A stretch of 39,145 nucleotides of DNA from Thermodesulfobacteriota bacterium (GTDB lineage Bacteria; Desulfobacterota; BSN033; UBA1163), in NCBI GenBank assembly GCA_041082155.1, contig JBDOIB010000021.1, positions 1-39,145 on the forward strand, in the 5' to 3' direction. This document shows, piece after piece, positions 17,447-27,152 of the stretch. Position 1 is the stretch's first letter. The number at the start of each line of letters is the position of its first letter. A program made the position numbers and the translations under genes. The notes under the pieces were generated by a model. The model ran no database searches. It was not told where the DNA came from and was given only the letters and a program-made list of their open reading frames with translations.

Positions 17447-18928
17447 ATGGATGAGTCAAGCGACCTTTTCGAGCAGAGGGTCCGGAAACTTCAGCTCCTA
17501 AAAAAGGAAGGAATCAACCCTTTCCCAAACGATTTTAAAGTCTCCCACACCTCAAAGGAAGTCTTTGAGCGTTGTGGTTCTCTCTCCAACGAGGAGCTCC
17601 AAGCCTTCCAAGAGAGTTTCTCTCTTGCTGGACGTATCATAGCCATTCGAGATTTTGGAAAGGCTGCTTTTATTCACATTAAAGACCGTGAGGGAAGGAT
17701 TCAGGCCTATCTTCAGAAAAATATCTTAGGGGAGGAGAGTTTTCGGTTCTTTAAGCGATTTGACATCGGGGACTACATCGGATTAGAAGGAAGACCTTTT
17801 AGGACTAAAACGGGAGAGCTTACCCTTCAGGTCAATCGGTTTCGGCTTCTGGTCAAATCCCTTCGCCCTCTTCCTGAAAAATGGCACGGTCTTACCGATA
17901 TAGAAACCCGCTATCGACAGCGATATTTGGATCTCATTGCTAATCCCCGAACCAAAGAGGTCTTTTTGAAGAGAATCCAAATTATTCAGAGAATTCGAGA
18001 GTTTTTTACAGCTCGAGGGTTTTATGAAGTGGAGACTCCCATGCTCCATCCTATTCCCGGAGGAGCAACGGCGAAGCCGTTTAAAACCTACCATAATGCC
18101 CTCGACATGGATCTCTACCTGAGGATTGCTCCGGAACTTTATCTCAAACGTTTGGTCATTGGAGGATTGGAAAGAATCTTTGAGATTAATCGAAGTTTTC
18201 GAAATGAAGGGATCTCCACGCTTCACAACCCAGAATTTACTATGCTTGAATTCTATCAGAGTTATGCCACGTATCTTGAGATGATGGAGATGACAGAGGA
18301 ACTCATCTGTTCGCTCGTGAAAGAGATATACGGCCAATTCTCTATCTCTTATCAAGGAAAACAGATTGATTTTACTCCTCCTTGGAAGAGAATTCGTTTT
18401 GAGGAATCCCTCCTGGAGATCGGAGGCCTAAGCCCTGAGGTCTTACGAGAACCCTCAAAGGCGGTAGAAGCAGCCAAGGGCCTCCATCTGGAACTCAAAA
18501 AAGGAACCTCTCATGGAAGGGTCCTGGCAGACCTCTTTAAGGAACTCGTGGAGCCTCGTCTCGATCAACCCACATTTGTCACCCATTATCCAACAGCTGT
18601 CTCTCCCCTTTCAAGAAGAAATGAGGAGAATCCAGACCTGGTGGATCGATTCGAACTCTTTATCGCAGGAAGAGAGATTGCCAATGGATTTTCTGAACTC
18701 AATGATCCCATTGACCAGAGAGAACGTTTTCTTCAGCAGATCAGTGAAAGAGGTGAGGAGGCGGATGCTTCTCTCCTGCTGGATGAAGATTTTCTCCTTG
18801 CCCTTGAATTTGGTATGCCTCCTACCGCAGGAGAGGGAATCGGAATTGACCGTTTGGTCATGATCCTTACGGATTCACCGTCCATTCGAGATGTGATCTT
18901 CTTCCCCTTGCTCCGACCGGAGAGGTAA
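17447..18928 (+). CDS. lysS: Lysine--tRNA ligase, class II
   Basis: The N-terminal OB-fold region precedes the class II motifs. These include YLDLI, FRNEGISTLHNPEFTMLEFY and AGEGIGIDRLVMILT. The protein is 493 aa. Confidence 0.95.
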   Translation: MDESSDLFEQRVRKLQLLKKEGINPFPNDFKVSHTSKEVFERCGSLSNEELQAFQESFSLAGRIIAIRDFGKAAFIHIKDREGRIQAYLQKNILGEESFRFFKRFDIGDYIGLEGRPFRTKTGELTLQVNRFRLLVKSLRPLPEKWHGLTDIETRYRQRYLDLIANPRTKEVFLKRIQIIQRIREFFTARGFYEVETPMLHPIPGGATAKPFKTYHNALDMDLYLRIAPELYLKRLVIGGLERIFEINRSFRNEGISTLHNPEFTMLEFYQSYATYLEMMEMTEELICSLVKEIYGQFSISYQGKQIDFTPPWKRIRFEESLLEIGGLSPEVLREPSKAVEAAKGLHLELKKGTSHGRVLADLFKELVEPRLDQPTFVTHYPTAVSPLSRRNEENPDLVDRFELFIAGREIANGFSELNDPIDQRERFLQQISERGEEADASLLLDEDFLLALEFGMPPTAGEGIGIDRLVMILTDSPSIRDVIFFPLLRPER

Positions 18929-18933
18929 GCTTC

Positions 18934-20190
18934 ATGAGATATGAGTGGTTCATTGGCCTGAGATACCTTAAGGCAAAACGAAAACAAACCTTCATCTCGA
19001 TTATTACGATCATCTCCATTGTCGGAGTGATGGTCGGAGTGATGGCTCTGATTATCGTTCTGGCTGTGATGAGTGGTTTTGAGAAGACCCTGAAGGAGAA
19101 GATCTTAGGGACACAGGCCCATTTGGTGGTCCTCAAAGCCAGTGATCAAGGAATGGATCAACCGGAGGAGGTCGTTAAAAAAGTGGAGGAAGTCAAAGGG
19201 GTTCTTTCCGCTGCCCCCTTCATTTTTAGTCAGGTGATGCTCTCTTCAGAATCAGGGGTTTCAGGAGTTGTCCTCAAAGGGATTGATCCAGAGAGGGTCG
19301 GTGGAGTAACGGACCTTGCAAGGAATCTAAAAGCAGGTCGTCTGGAAGACCTGAAGAGAGAGAAAGAGAACGAGCCTCCAGGGATTATCCTGGGGGTGGA
19401 GTTAGCCAAACACCTTGGTCTTTCCTTGGAAGATTCTGTTCAGGTGATCACTCCTCTGGGCACCATGACTCCAATGGGAATGATGCCAAAAATGAAACGA
19501 TTTCTGGTGAAAGGGATCTTCTATTCAGGAATGTATGAGTATGATAACACAATGGCCTATATCTCCCTTGAGAGTGCACAGAGGTTTTTCGGCATGGGAT
19601 CACGGGTCACCGGGATTGAGGTGAAGACGAACGATATCTATAAGGTAAAGGAGATCGCCAAGGAGATTCGAAAGAGATTAGGGTTTCCTTTCTGGACCAA
19701 GGACTGGATGGAGATGAATCGAAACCTTTTCTCCGCTTTAAAATTAGAAAAGATTGCCATGTTTATCATTCTGGTCCTCATTGTCCTGGTTGCTGCCTTC
19801 AATATCATCTCCACCCTCATTATGGTGGTGATGGAGAAGAATAAGGATATTGCTATTCTTAAATCCATGGGAGCTCCTTCGAGAGGAATACTGAGGATCT
19901 TTATGATTGAGGGAGGAGTGATTGGGGTGGTGGGGACCTTCTTAGGAACCCTTTTAGGTCTTGGAGCAGCATTGAATCTGGAAAAAATCACCGATTTCAT
20001 AGAACACCTGTTCGGGTTTAAGATTTTAGCAAGCGATGTCTACTACATTGATAAACTTCCTTCTCAGGTGAATCCTCTCGATGTCTTCTTGATCGTTACA
20101 ACGGCCATTCTCATCAGTTTACTGGCGACTCTTTATCCCTCTTGGAGGGCATCCCGACTCGACCCTGCTGAGGCATTGCGTTATGAATAG
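18934..20190 (+). CDS. lolE: Lipoprotein-releasing system transmembrane permease, LolC/LolE family (only one copy in the cluster)
   Basis: N-terminus FIGLRYLKAKRKQTFISIITIISIVGV. There is a large periplasmic MacB-like domain and a C-terminal FtsX-type 3-TM bundle ending [16 protein letters not shown]. Confidence 0.9.
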   Translation: MRYEWFIGLRYLKAKRKQTFISIITIISIVGVMVGVMALIIVLAVMSGFEKTLKEKILGTQAHLVVLKASDQGMDQPEEVVKKVEEVKGVLSAAPFIFSQVMLSSESGVSGVVLKGIDPERVGGVTDLARNLKAGRLEDLKREKENEPPGIILGVELAKHLGLSLEDSVQVITPLGTMTPMGMMPKMKRFLVKGIFYSGMYEYDNTMAYISLESAQRFFGMGSRVTGIEVKTNDIYKVKEIAKEIRKRLGFPFWTKDWMEMNRNLFSALKLEKIAMFIILVLIVLVAAFNIISTLIMVVMEKNKDIAILKSMGAPSRGILRIFMIEGGVIGVVGTFLGTLLGLGAALNLEKITDFIEHLFGFKILASDVYYIDKLPSQVNPLDVFLIVTTAILISLLATLYPSWRASRLDPAEALRYE

Positions 20191-21367
20191 GGAGAAGGTA
20201 TCCCTGAAGGAGGAGGCCTTTAGAGCCCTCTCCCGCAGGGAGTGGGAGAAGGCCTTGATTCTCTTTCAGAGAATATGCGATCGGAACCCTGAGGATCTAC
20301 GATCACGAGTGAAGGTCGCTGAACTTCTGGAAAGATTGGGAAAGAGGGAAGAGGCCATTTCGATGTACCGCGAAATCGGAGAGGCCTATGCTAAAGACGG
20401 TTTTATTCTTGAGGCCATTTCTGTAAACAAAATCCTCTTGAGACTCGATCCTCAGTCCAAAGAGATCCATCAACGGCTGGCTCAACTCTATCTCGAGAAG
20501 ATTCGGAAAGAGAGGAGGGGTTTTTCCTCTATTCCTTTCATCCCGATTCTGTCTGATTTAAAGGAAGACGAACTTCAGAGTTTTTTGGATCGTCTTCGAA
20601 CCCGAACCTTTCGAAAAGGAGAGATCATCTGGGAGGAAGGGTCGAAGGGGGATGCGATCATGATTCTCTCCAAAGGAGAGGTCACGGTCTCAAAAAGGGA
20701 TCCGAGAGGAAGAGAGATTTGGATTCGGGATCTCCAGGAGGGGGACTGTTTTGGAGAATTTGGTTTCTTTCTGGATGGAAAGAGACACGCAAAAATCGAA
20801 GCAAAGACCGATTGTGAACTTCTCGAAATCCCTCGCGCTGAACTGGAAGAGATCCTCAGAGTCCATCCCAGGGTGAAAGAGGTTCTTTACGAATGGTATA
20901 AAAAGAAAGTCCTGGACCTTCTTCTTGCCCTTTCCCCTTTGTTCTCTCCCCTGGATCCAAAGGAGCGAGAGGTAGTGGGGAAGAGATTTAGGCTTACCGT
21001 TCTTCCTCCTGAAACAGTCATCTTCAAAGGAGGAGAAACTTCCTCTTCTCTTTATGTGATCAAAAGAGGGGAGGTGGAGATCTATACACAAGATTCCTAT
21101 GGGAAGAAGACCTTGTTGGGAAGATTAGGGAGTGGTAATTTCTTTGGAGAAATAGGGGTATTGCTCAATACCCCGCGGATGGCTTTTGCAAAGACCACCA
21201 AAGAGACCGAATTGCTTGAATTGACCAAAGAAGATTTTGATGAGCTTATGTCCCGGTTTCCTAAACTTCAATTGAAGGTGAAGGAGCTCTCCTCCAAACG
21301 ATTAATTCGAATGAAAGAGATTCTTTCACGAAAAGTGGCTGAGAGGGCAAAGGGGATGGGGATATGA
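20183..21367 (+). CDS. TPR-like N-terminal region plus two tandem cyclic-nucleotide-binding (CAP-effector) domains; no recognisable output domain
   Basis: The helical-repeat N-terminus includes [19 protein letters not shown]...[18 protein letters not shown]. Phosphate-binding-cassette-like motifs are [18 protein letters not shown] and [18 protein letters not shown]. The start overlaps the lolE stop by 8 nt and the stop overlaps the lolD start (ATGA). Confidence 0.8.
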   Translation: MNREKVSLKEEAFRALSRREWEKALILFQRICDRNPEDLRSRVKVAELLERLGKREEAISMYREIGEAYAKDGFILEAISVNKILLRLDPQSKEIHQRLAQLYLEKIRKERRGFSSIPFIPILSDLKEDELQSFLDRLRTRTFRKGEIIWEEGSKGDAIMILSKGEVTVSKRDPRGREIWIRDLQEGDCFGEFGFFLDGKRHAKIEAKTDCELLEIPRAELEEILRVHPRVKEVLYEWYKKKVLDLLLALSPLFSPLDPKEREVVGKRFRLTVLPPETVIFKGGETSSSLYVIKRGEVEIYTQDSYGKKTLLGRLGSGNFFGEIGVLLNTPRMAFAKTTKETELLELTKEDFDELMSRFPKLQLKVKELSSKRLIRMKEILSRKVAERAKGMGI

Positions 21368-22038
21368 AGGAGCTGATTCGGGTGGAACAGCTCTATAAAT
21401 CCTTTGGTAACGGGGCCAAACGGGTGGAAGTCCTGAAAGGAATTGATCTGATCTTTTATCAAGGAGAGAGTGTAGCCATTGTGGGTGCCTCTGGGGCTGG
21501 AAAGACCACCCTACTTCATATCCTGGGAACGATCGATCGGCCCACCTCCGGGAAGGTTTATTACGAAGGGAAGGATATTTTTACAATGGGAGAGAAAGAA
21601 CTCGCCCATTTCCGGAATCGGGAGATTGGATTTGTTTTTCAATTTCATCACCTTCTTCCTGAATTCAATGCCCTGGAGAATACCATGATGCCCTGTCTCA
21701 TCCAGGGGATTTCCAAGAAAGAGGCCGCTCTTCGAGCTGAAGCCATTCTAACGACAGTAGGATTGAAAGAGCGTCTCACTCATAAACCCGGGGAGCTTTC
21801 AGGAGGAGAGCAGCAGCGAGTGGCCGTAGCCAGGGCTCTCGTTTTAGAACCGAAGGTCCTTCTGGCCGATGAGCCCACAGGGAATCTGGATACAAAAACA
21901 GGAGAGGCCATTTTTACCCTTCTTCGGGAACTCAATCGGGAAAAAGGGGTAACCCTGATTATGGTCACCCATAATCTTAAACTGGCCGGAGAGCTTCCAA
22001 GGCAGATCCACCTGGTGGATGGGAAGATCAATGCTTAG
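21364..22038 (+). CDS. lolD: Lipoprotein-releasing system ATP-binding protein
   Basis: Walker [10 protein letters not shown]. Signature [15 protein letters not shown]. Walker [12 protein letters not shown]. Size (224 aa) and context next to lolE fit LolD. Confidence 0.9.
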   Translation: MKELIRVEQLYKSFGNGAKRVEVLKGIDLIFYQGESVAIVGASGAGKTTLLHILGTIDRPTSGKVYYEGKDIFTMGEKELAHFRNREIGFVFQFHHLLPEFNALENTMMPCLIQGISKKEAALRAEAILTTVGLKERLTHKPGELSGGEQQRVAVARALVLEPKVLLADEPTGNLDTKTGEAIFTLLRELNREKGVTLIMVTHNLKLAGELPRQIHLVDGKINA

Positions 22039-22092
22039 GGACCCTCTGTTTACAAAATGAGTCGGATCTGGTATGGAAGAAGAGATTTTTTT

Positions 22093-24330
22093 ATGAAGAA
22101 GATTATTCTGCTCGTCCTCTTATTTTTTCTCTTTTTCTCCATTGGAAGGGCGGAGGAAGAGAAGATCTTTAGAGTCGTAATCCTCGGGAATGTAAAGGTG
22201 GAGGAAGGGGTCATTCGAGGAGCGGTAAAAAGTAAGGAAGGAGGGCCCTTTTCTGTGGAGCAGGTGCGGGAGGATCTGAAGAGGATCTATGGGTTAGGTT
22301 ATTTCTCCGATGTGCAGGTGGATGTCAAATCCACTGCCCAAGGGAAAGAAGTCATTTTTGTGGTGGTTGAAAAGCCTTCGATTAAGGAGGTGAGGATTGT
22401 CGGGAATCAAAAGATTAAATTAGAGGATATTAAAGAAAAGATCACCCTCGCCCCCCGCTCCATCCTCAATCTTGAGAAGGTGAAAGAGAACGAGGAGCAG
22501 ATTCGGAAACTCTATTTTTCAAAAGGGTATTATGGAGTTCAATTGGGATATCGAGTAGAGTATCTGGAAACAAACGAGGCCGTGGTCATCTTTGAGATTA
22601 CCGAGGGGCCTAAAGGATATATCAAGAAGATTGTTTTTAAAGGAAACCAAAAGATTAAAACCTCCGAGCTTAGGAAGCTGGTGTCCACCAAACAGAGGAA
22701 TATTCTTTCTCTGATTACGAAAACCGGAATTCTTGACGAGGATGTTCTTAAGAATGATATTCAGCTTCTCAGCGCCTATTATATCGACCATGGATTTCTT
22801 GAGGTCAAAATCTCCGAGCCCAAGCTTGATCTTAAAGATCCTCGAAGGATAGGGATTGAGATTGAGATTGAGGAGGGCCCCCAATATCATTTTGGAGACA
22901 TCGACTTCCAGGGAGACGTCCTGACCACCCGGGAAGATCTCTTCCGAACCATTCAAATCAGAAGAGATGATATCTACAGTACCACCGCCATTCGAAAGGA
23001 TGTCCAAGCCCTTATTGAGAAGTTTGCCAATCAGGGATATGCGAATGTGGATATCACTCCTCATACGACCACAGACCCGAAGACACACCTTGTTCATCTC
23101 ACCTTTGAAATCGATAAAAAGAAACAGGTCTCTTACGAGAGAATTGAGATTTCTGGAAACACCAAGACCCGAGATAAGGTTATCCGGCGAGAGCTTCTGG
23201 TCGCGGAAGGAGAACTCTACAATGCGTCCCAGATGAGTAAGAGTCGGGATCGATTGAAACGCACAGGCTATTTTAAGGAAGTGGAGTTTATGACCAGCCG
23301 GGGAAGCACGGAGGAGAAGATCAACCTGGATATTAAAGTCGAGGAAGCCCCTACGGGAGCTTTGAGCTTTGGACTCGGGTATAGTTCCATTGAAAAGGTG
23401 GTGGGAACCGCCTCCATCTCGGACCGTAACCTTTTTGGCCTCGGATATCACGGGATCTTGAAATTTACCCTTGGTTCTATCTCTCGAGATTTTAGACTCA
23501 GTTTCACAGATCCCTATTTCCTCGGGACCCGATATTCCGCAGGGATTGATCTCTATCATGAAAATCGAGACCTCGATACCTATTCTTATAAAATTACAGG
23601 AGGGGCACTCCGGGGAGGAAAGGAACTTACCGAGAACCTCAGAGCCGATGGAGTCTACAAATTAGAGAGGATAAAGGTCCACAATGTGACCGAAGATGCC
23701 TCTCGCTATATTAAAGAGCAGGAAGGGGATAGAATCACGAGTTCCATTTCTCTCGGTCTCACGATGGATACGCGAAACGATTACTTTAACCCCACCAAAG
23801 GAGGACGTCATAATCTTACCCTTGAGAATGCGGGAGGACTCTTAGGTGGAGATAATTACTTTTTTAAGGTCACAGGATCAACCAGTTGGTATTTTCCTCT
23901 TCCATGGAACCTGGTTCTCAATCTTCGAGGGAAGGCTGGGATCATTGAGTCTTATGGGGGAAAGAAGACCCCTATCTATGAAAAATTCTTTGTGGGAGGA
24001 CTCTATACCATTAGAGGTTTTGAATACGGAATGGCAGGACCCTTTGATGAAAACAAAGAACCTTTGGGTTCGGAGAAGATGGTCGTGGCGACCTCAGAAC
24101 TCATCTTCCCCATCTCCCGGGAGATCGGACTTCGAGGGGCTGTCTTTTTCGATATAGGGAAAGGTTTTAATAAATGGAGCGATCTCACCCCTCTGAAGAT
24201 GGGGGTTGGAGCTGGAATTCGCTGGTTCTCTCCTTTAGGTCCAATCCATATTGACCTTGGGGTGAATCCTAACCCCAAACCGGGAGAGAAGCGAAAGGTC
24301 TTTGACTTTACTGTAGGAACCATTTATTAA
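22093..24330 (+). CDS. bamA: Outer membrane protein assembly factor BamA (POTRA repeats plus Omp85 barrel)
   Basis: Signal peptide MKKIILLVLLFFLFFSIGRA from the ATG at 22093; the track start at 22057 adds 12 unlikely residues. It has repeated POTRA-like modules, GYF..V and the RGF/GY motif YTIRGFEYG. The C-terminal beta-signal ends FDFTVGTIY. Confidence 0.92.
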   Translation: MKKIILLVLLFFLFFSIGRAEEEKIFRVVILGNVKVEEGVIRGAVKSKEGGPFSVEQVREDLKRIYGLGYFSDVQVDVKSTAQGKEVIFVVVEKPSIKEVRIVGNQKIKLEDIKEKITLAPRSILNLEKVKENEEQIRKLYFSKGYYGVQLGYRVEYLETNEAVVIFEITEGPKGYIKKIVFKGNQKIKTSELRKLVSTKQRNILSLITKTGILDEDVLKNDIQLLSAYYIDHGFLEVKISEPKLDLKDPRRIGIEIEIEEGPQYHFGDIDFQGDVLTTREDLFRTIQIRRDDIYSTTAIRKDVQALIEKFANQGYANVDITPHTTTDPKTHLVHLTFEIDKKKQVSYERIEISGNTKTRDKVIRRELLVAEGELYNASQMSKSRDRLKRTGYFKEVEFMTSRGSTEEKINLDIKVEEAPTGALSFGLGYSSIEKVVGTASISDRNLFGLGYHGILKFTLGSISRDFRLSFTDPYFLGTRYSAGIDLYHENRDLDTYSYKITGGALRGGKELTENLRADGVYKLERIKVHNVTEDASRYIKEQEGDRITSSISLGLTMDTRNDYFNPTKGGRHNLTLENAGGLLGGDNYFFKVTGSTSWYFPLPWNLVLNLRGKAGIIESYGGKKTPIYEKFFVGGLYTIRGFEYGMAGPFDENKEPLGSEKMVVATSELIFPISREIGLRGAVFFDIGKGFNKWSDLTPLKMGVGAGIRWFSPLGPIHIDLGVNPNPKPGEKRKVFDFTVGTIY

Positions 24331-24360
24331 ATAAAAAACTCATTGAAGAAGGAGAAAGAA

Positions 24361-24888
24361 ATGAGACTTCACAGAATCTTTGTTCCTGTCCTTGTGCTCC
24401 TCCTTATAGGAGGAACATTTAGGGTGACTCTGGCCAGTAACATCAAGATTGGGTTTGTAGATATTCAGAGGGCCGTCAATGAATGTCAGGCAGGGAAGGA
24501 GGCTAAAAAGACGATCGCTAAAGAGTTAGAAAAATATAATCGGCAATTTTTAGAGAAGCAAAAGGAACTACAGGCCATGAGAGAATCCCTGGAGAAACAG
24601 GCTCCCATGCTTAACCCTGATGTTCGTGCCAACAAAGAAAAGGAGCTTCAGAACAAGATCAGAGAATTTCAGAGATGGCAGGAAGATGTGCAGAACGAGG
24701 TCAATCAAAAAACAAAGGAGATGGAGCGAACGATCTCTCTGGGTCTCCAGAAGGTCATTCAAAAATTAGGAGAGGATGAAGGATACGCCCTCATTCTCGA
24801 CAAGAATGAGATGATCGTTCTTTTTGCTTCAAAAGCCATTGATCTGACAGATCGGGTGATTAAACTTCACGACCTGCAAAAGAAATAA
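24361..24888 (+). CDS. skp: OmpH/Skp-family periplasmic chaperone
   Basis: Signal peptide MRLHRIFVPVLVLLLIGG. IGFVDIQRAV start typical of Skp. A long K/E/Q-rich coiled region follows. The gene lies between bamA and lpxD, as in many diderms. The ATG at 24361 follows GAAGGAGAAAG. Confidence 0.85.
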   Translation: MRLHRIFVPVLVLLLIGGTFRVTLASNIKIGFVDIQRAVNECQAGKEAKKTIAKELEKYNRQFLEKQKELQAMRESLEKQAPMLNPDVRANKEKELQNKIREFQRWQEDVQNEVNQKTKEMERTISLGLQKVIQKLGEDEGYALILDKNEMIVLFASKAIDLTDRVIKLHDLQKK

Positions 24889-24896
24889 GGAGGGTT

Positions 24897-25958
24897 ATGA
24901 AAAAGCGGCTTAAAGAACTGGCCGAGATGGTAGGAGGAGAGATACTCGGAAATGGAGAGATAGAGATTATAGGAGCGAACTCTATTGAAAGGGCTAAAGC
25001 TGGGGAGATTACCTTTATCGCTCATCCAAAGTACCTCGGGAAATTAAAAGAGACGCAGGCCTCTGCCGTGATTGTCTCCAAGGAGGTCAAAGAGGCCCCA
25101 ATACCGCTTCTTTCCGTAGAGAATCCTCTTCTGGCCTTTACCAAGATTCTCACCCTTTTCTCCTTCAAGGTCTATCAACCTCGAGGAATCGATCCAGGAG
25201 CCTGGATCAGTCCATCGGCCCATTTGGGTAAAGACCTCTCTATCTATCCTTTCGTCTATATTGGAGATCGATGTGACATTGGAGATCGCGTGACCCTCTT
25301 TCCAGGAGTCTATATTGGAGAGGATTCAGTCATTGGGGAAGACTCCATTCTCTATCCAAATGTCACTCTCTATCCACGCTCGATGATTGGGAAAAGGGTC
25401 ATTCTCCATAGCGGGGTGGTCATCGGAGCCGATGGCTTTGGATATGTGAAGGAAGGAACGAGGAATCAAAAGATTCCTCAGCTCGGCAGAGTGATTATTG
25501 AGGATGAGGTTGAGTTGGGGGCCAATACTACGGTCGATCGAGCGACCTTTGGAGAGACCATCATTCGGAAAGGGGTAAAGATCGATAATCTGGTTCAGAT
25601 CGCCCATAATGTCGAGATCGGTGAAGACTCCCTCATCGTTGCACAGGTGGGGATCGCAGGTTCAACCAAAATTGGAAAGAATGTGATTCTTGCAGGACAG
25701 GTAGGAGTTGTGGATCATGTCGAAATCGGAGACAACGTCAGGGTAGGTGCCCAATCTGGAGTTCCTTATGACCTTGCTCCCAACCGAGGATATACGGGTT
25801 CACCTGCTCTACCTCATCAGGAGTTCCTTCGAGCCATCACCACCTTCCCCAAATTGCCCGAGATGAGGAAGAATCTACTTGATTTTGAAAGACGATTAAA
25901 AAAGCTCGAGGAGCTGATCTATTCCAAAGAGAAGGAGAAAAAGGATGATCGAGATTAG
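24897..25958 (+). CDS. lpxD: UDP-3-O-acylglucosamine N-acyltransferase
   Basis: N-terminal [16 protein letters not shown]...I region. Extended left-handed beta-helix hexapeptide repeats. GADGFGY motif. Synteny is skp-lpxD-fabZ-lpxA. Confidence 0.92.
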   Translation: MKKRLKELAEMVGGEILGNGEIEIIGANSIERAKAGEITFIAHPKYLGKLKETQASAVIVSKEVKEAPIPLLSVENPLLAFTKILTLFSFKVYQPRGIDPGAWISPSAHLGKDLSIYPFVYIGDRCDIGDRVTLFPGVYIGEDSVIGEDSILYPNVTLYPRSMIGKRVILHSGVVIGADGFGYVKEGTRNQKIPQLGRVIIEDEVELGANTTVDRATFGETIIRKGVKIDNLVQIAHNVEIGEDSLIVAQVGIAGSTKIGKNVILAGQVGVVDHVEIGDNVRVGAQSGVPYDLAPNRGYTGSPALPHQEFLRAITTFPKLPEMRKNLLDFERRLKKLEELIYSKEKEKKDDRD

Positions 25959-26382
25959 GGAAATCATGAATATTCTTCCCCATGCCTATCCCTTCCTCCT
26001 GGTCGATCGGATTCTGGAGATCGAACCTGGAAAGAGAATTGTCGGTCTTAAAAATGTAACTTATAATGAACCTTTCTTTCCTGGTCACTTTCCTGAACGG
26101 CCGATTATGCCGGGAGTCCTTATAGTTGAAGCCATGGCTCAAACTGCAGGAGTCCTGGCTTTTAAATCGATGCCCGAAGAGAAACAGAAAAGACCGGTCT
26201 ATTTCTTAGGGATTGATAATGTCCGCTTTCGGAAGCCTGTCGTTCCAGGGGACCAACTTCGATTGGAACTCGAAGTCACCCGCCATCGTCAATCCATTTG
26301 GGGTTTCAAAGGAAAGGCTTGGGTGGAAGGGAAATTAGTGGCGGAGGCTGAGCTGCTGGCCATGATGGGGGAGGAGAAATGA
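25945..26382 (+). CDS. fabZ: 3-hydroxyacyl-ACP dehydratase FabZ
   Basis: Motifs [15 protein letters not shown] and [23 protein letters not shown]. The protein is 145 aa. Confidence 0.95.
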   Translation: MIEIREIMNILPHAYPFLLVDRILEIEPGKRIVGLKNVTYNEPFFPGHFPERPIMPGVLIVEAMAQTAGVLAFKSMPEEKQKRPVYFLGIDNVRFRKPVVPGDQLRLELEVTRHRQSIWGFKGKAWVEGKLVAEAELLAMMGEEK

Positions 26383-27152
26383 TCCATCCCACAGCCATTG
26401 TTCACCCCAAAGCAGAGATCTCAAAGGATGTCGAGGTTGGGCCTTATTCAGTCATTGAAGAGGGGGTATATATTGGTGAAGGAACCCGAATAGGCTCTCA
26501 TGTGGTCATTCGAGAAGGGACAACGATCGGAAGGGATTGTCAGATCTATCAATTTGCTTCTATTGGAGAGGCCCCCCAGGCTTTAGCCTATCGGGGTGAA
26601 AAGACGACCCTAAAATTGGGGGATCGTAATATCATTCGAGAATTTGTGACCCTTCATCGAGGTACCCTGAAGGGAGGAGGGGAGACAGTCATCGGGAATA
26701 ATAATTTTTTTATGGCTTATGCCCATGTGGCCCATGACTGTCGGATCGGAAATCAGGTGATTCTGGCAAACGGGGCTACCTTGGCAGGCCATATCTTGAT
26801 CGAAGATTATGCGGTGATTGGAGGGCTTTCGGCTGTCCACCAATTCTGTCGAATTGGTACCCATGCCTTCGTGAGTGGCCTTACGGGAGTCACACAGGAT
26901 ATCCCCCCCTATACCTTAGCCGCTGGTAATCGTGCAAAGCTTTTCGGCCTCAACACAGTGGGCCTTAAACGCCATCAATTTTCCGAAGAAACGATCAAAG
27001 CCCTCAAAGCAGCCTATCGAATCCTCTTCCGGTCAGGGTTCACCCTTGAGAAGGCCCTCCGAAGTCTTGAGGAATCTGAGCTTTCACAGTTTTTAGAAGT
27101 TCAACATCTCGTTCAATTCATCAGGCAAACCAAGAGGGGGATTAGCCGATAA
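26379..27152 (+). CDS. lpxA: Acyl-ACP--UDP-N-acetylglucosamine O-acyltransferase
   Basis: [13 protein letters not shown] start. Hexapeptide repeats. [13 protein letters not shown] motif. C-terminal helical domain. The start overlaps fabZ (ATGA). Confidence 0.92.
   Translation: MIHPTAIVHPKAEISKDVEVGPYSVIEEGVYIGEGTRIGSHVVIREGTTIGRDCQIYQFASIGEAPQALAYRGEKTTLKLGDRNIIREFVTLHRGTLKGGGETVIGNNNFFMAYAHVAHDCRIGNQVILANGATLAGHILIEDYAVIGGLSAVHQFCRIGTHAFVSGLTGVTQDIPPYTLAAGNRAKLFGLNTVGLKRHQFSEETIKALKAAYRILFRSGFTLEKALRSLEESELSQFLEVQHLVQFIRQTKRGISR

Noticed and set aside
22519-23559. 346-aa ORF on the minus strand, the longest antisense ORF in the track
   Set aside because: It lies entirely inside bamA, whose identity is secure from POTRA repeats, the barrel and the C-terminal beta-signal. 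The translation is low-complexity and rich in S, L, R, I and N. It has no recognisable motif and no RBS. It is a typical shadow ORF opposite GAR/AAR-rich codons.
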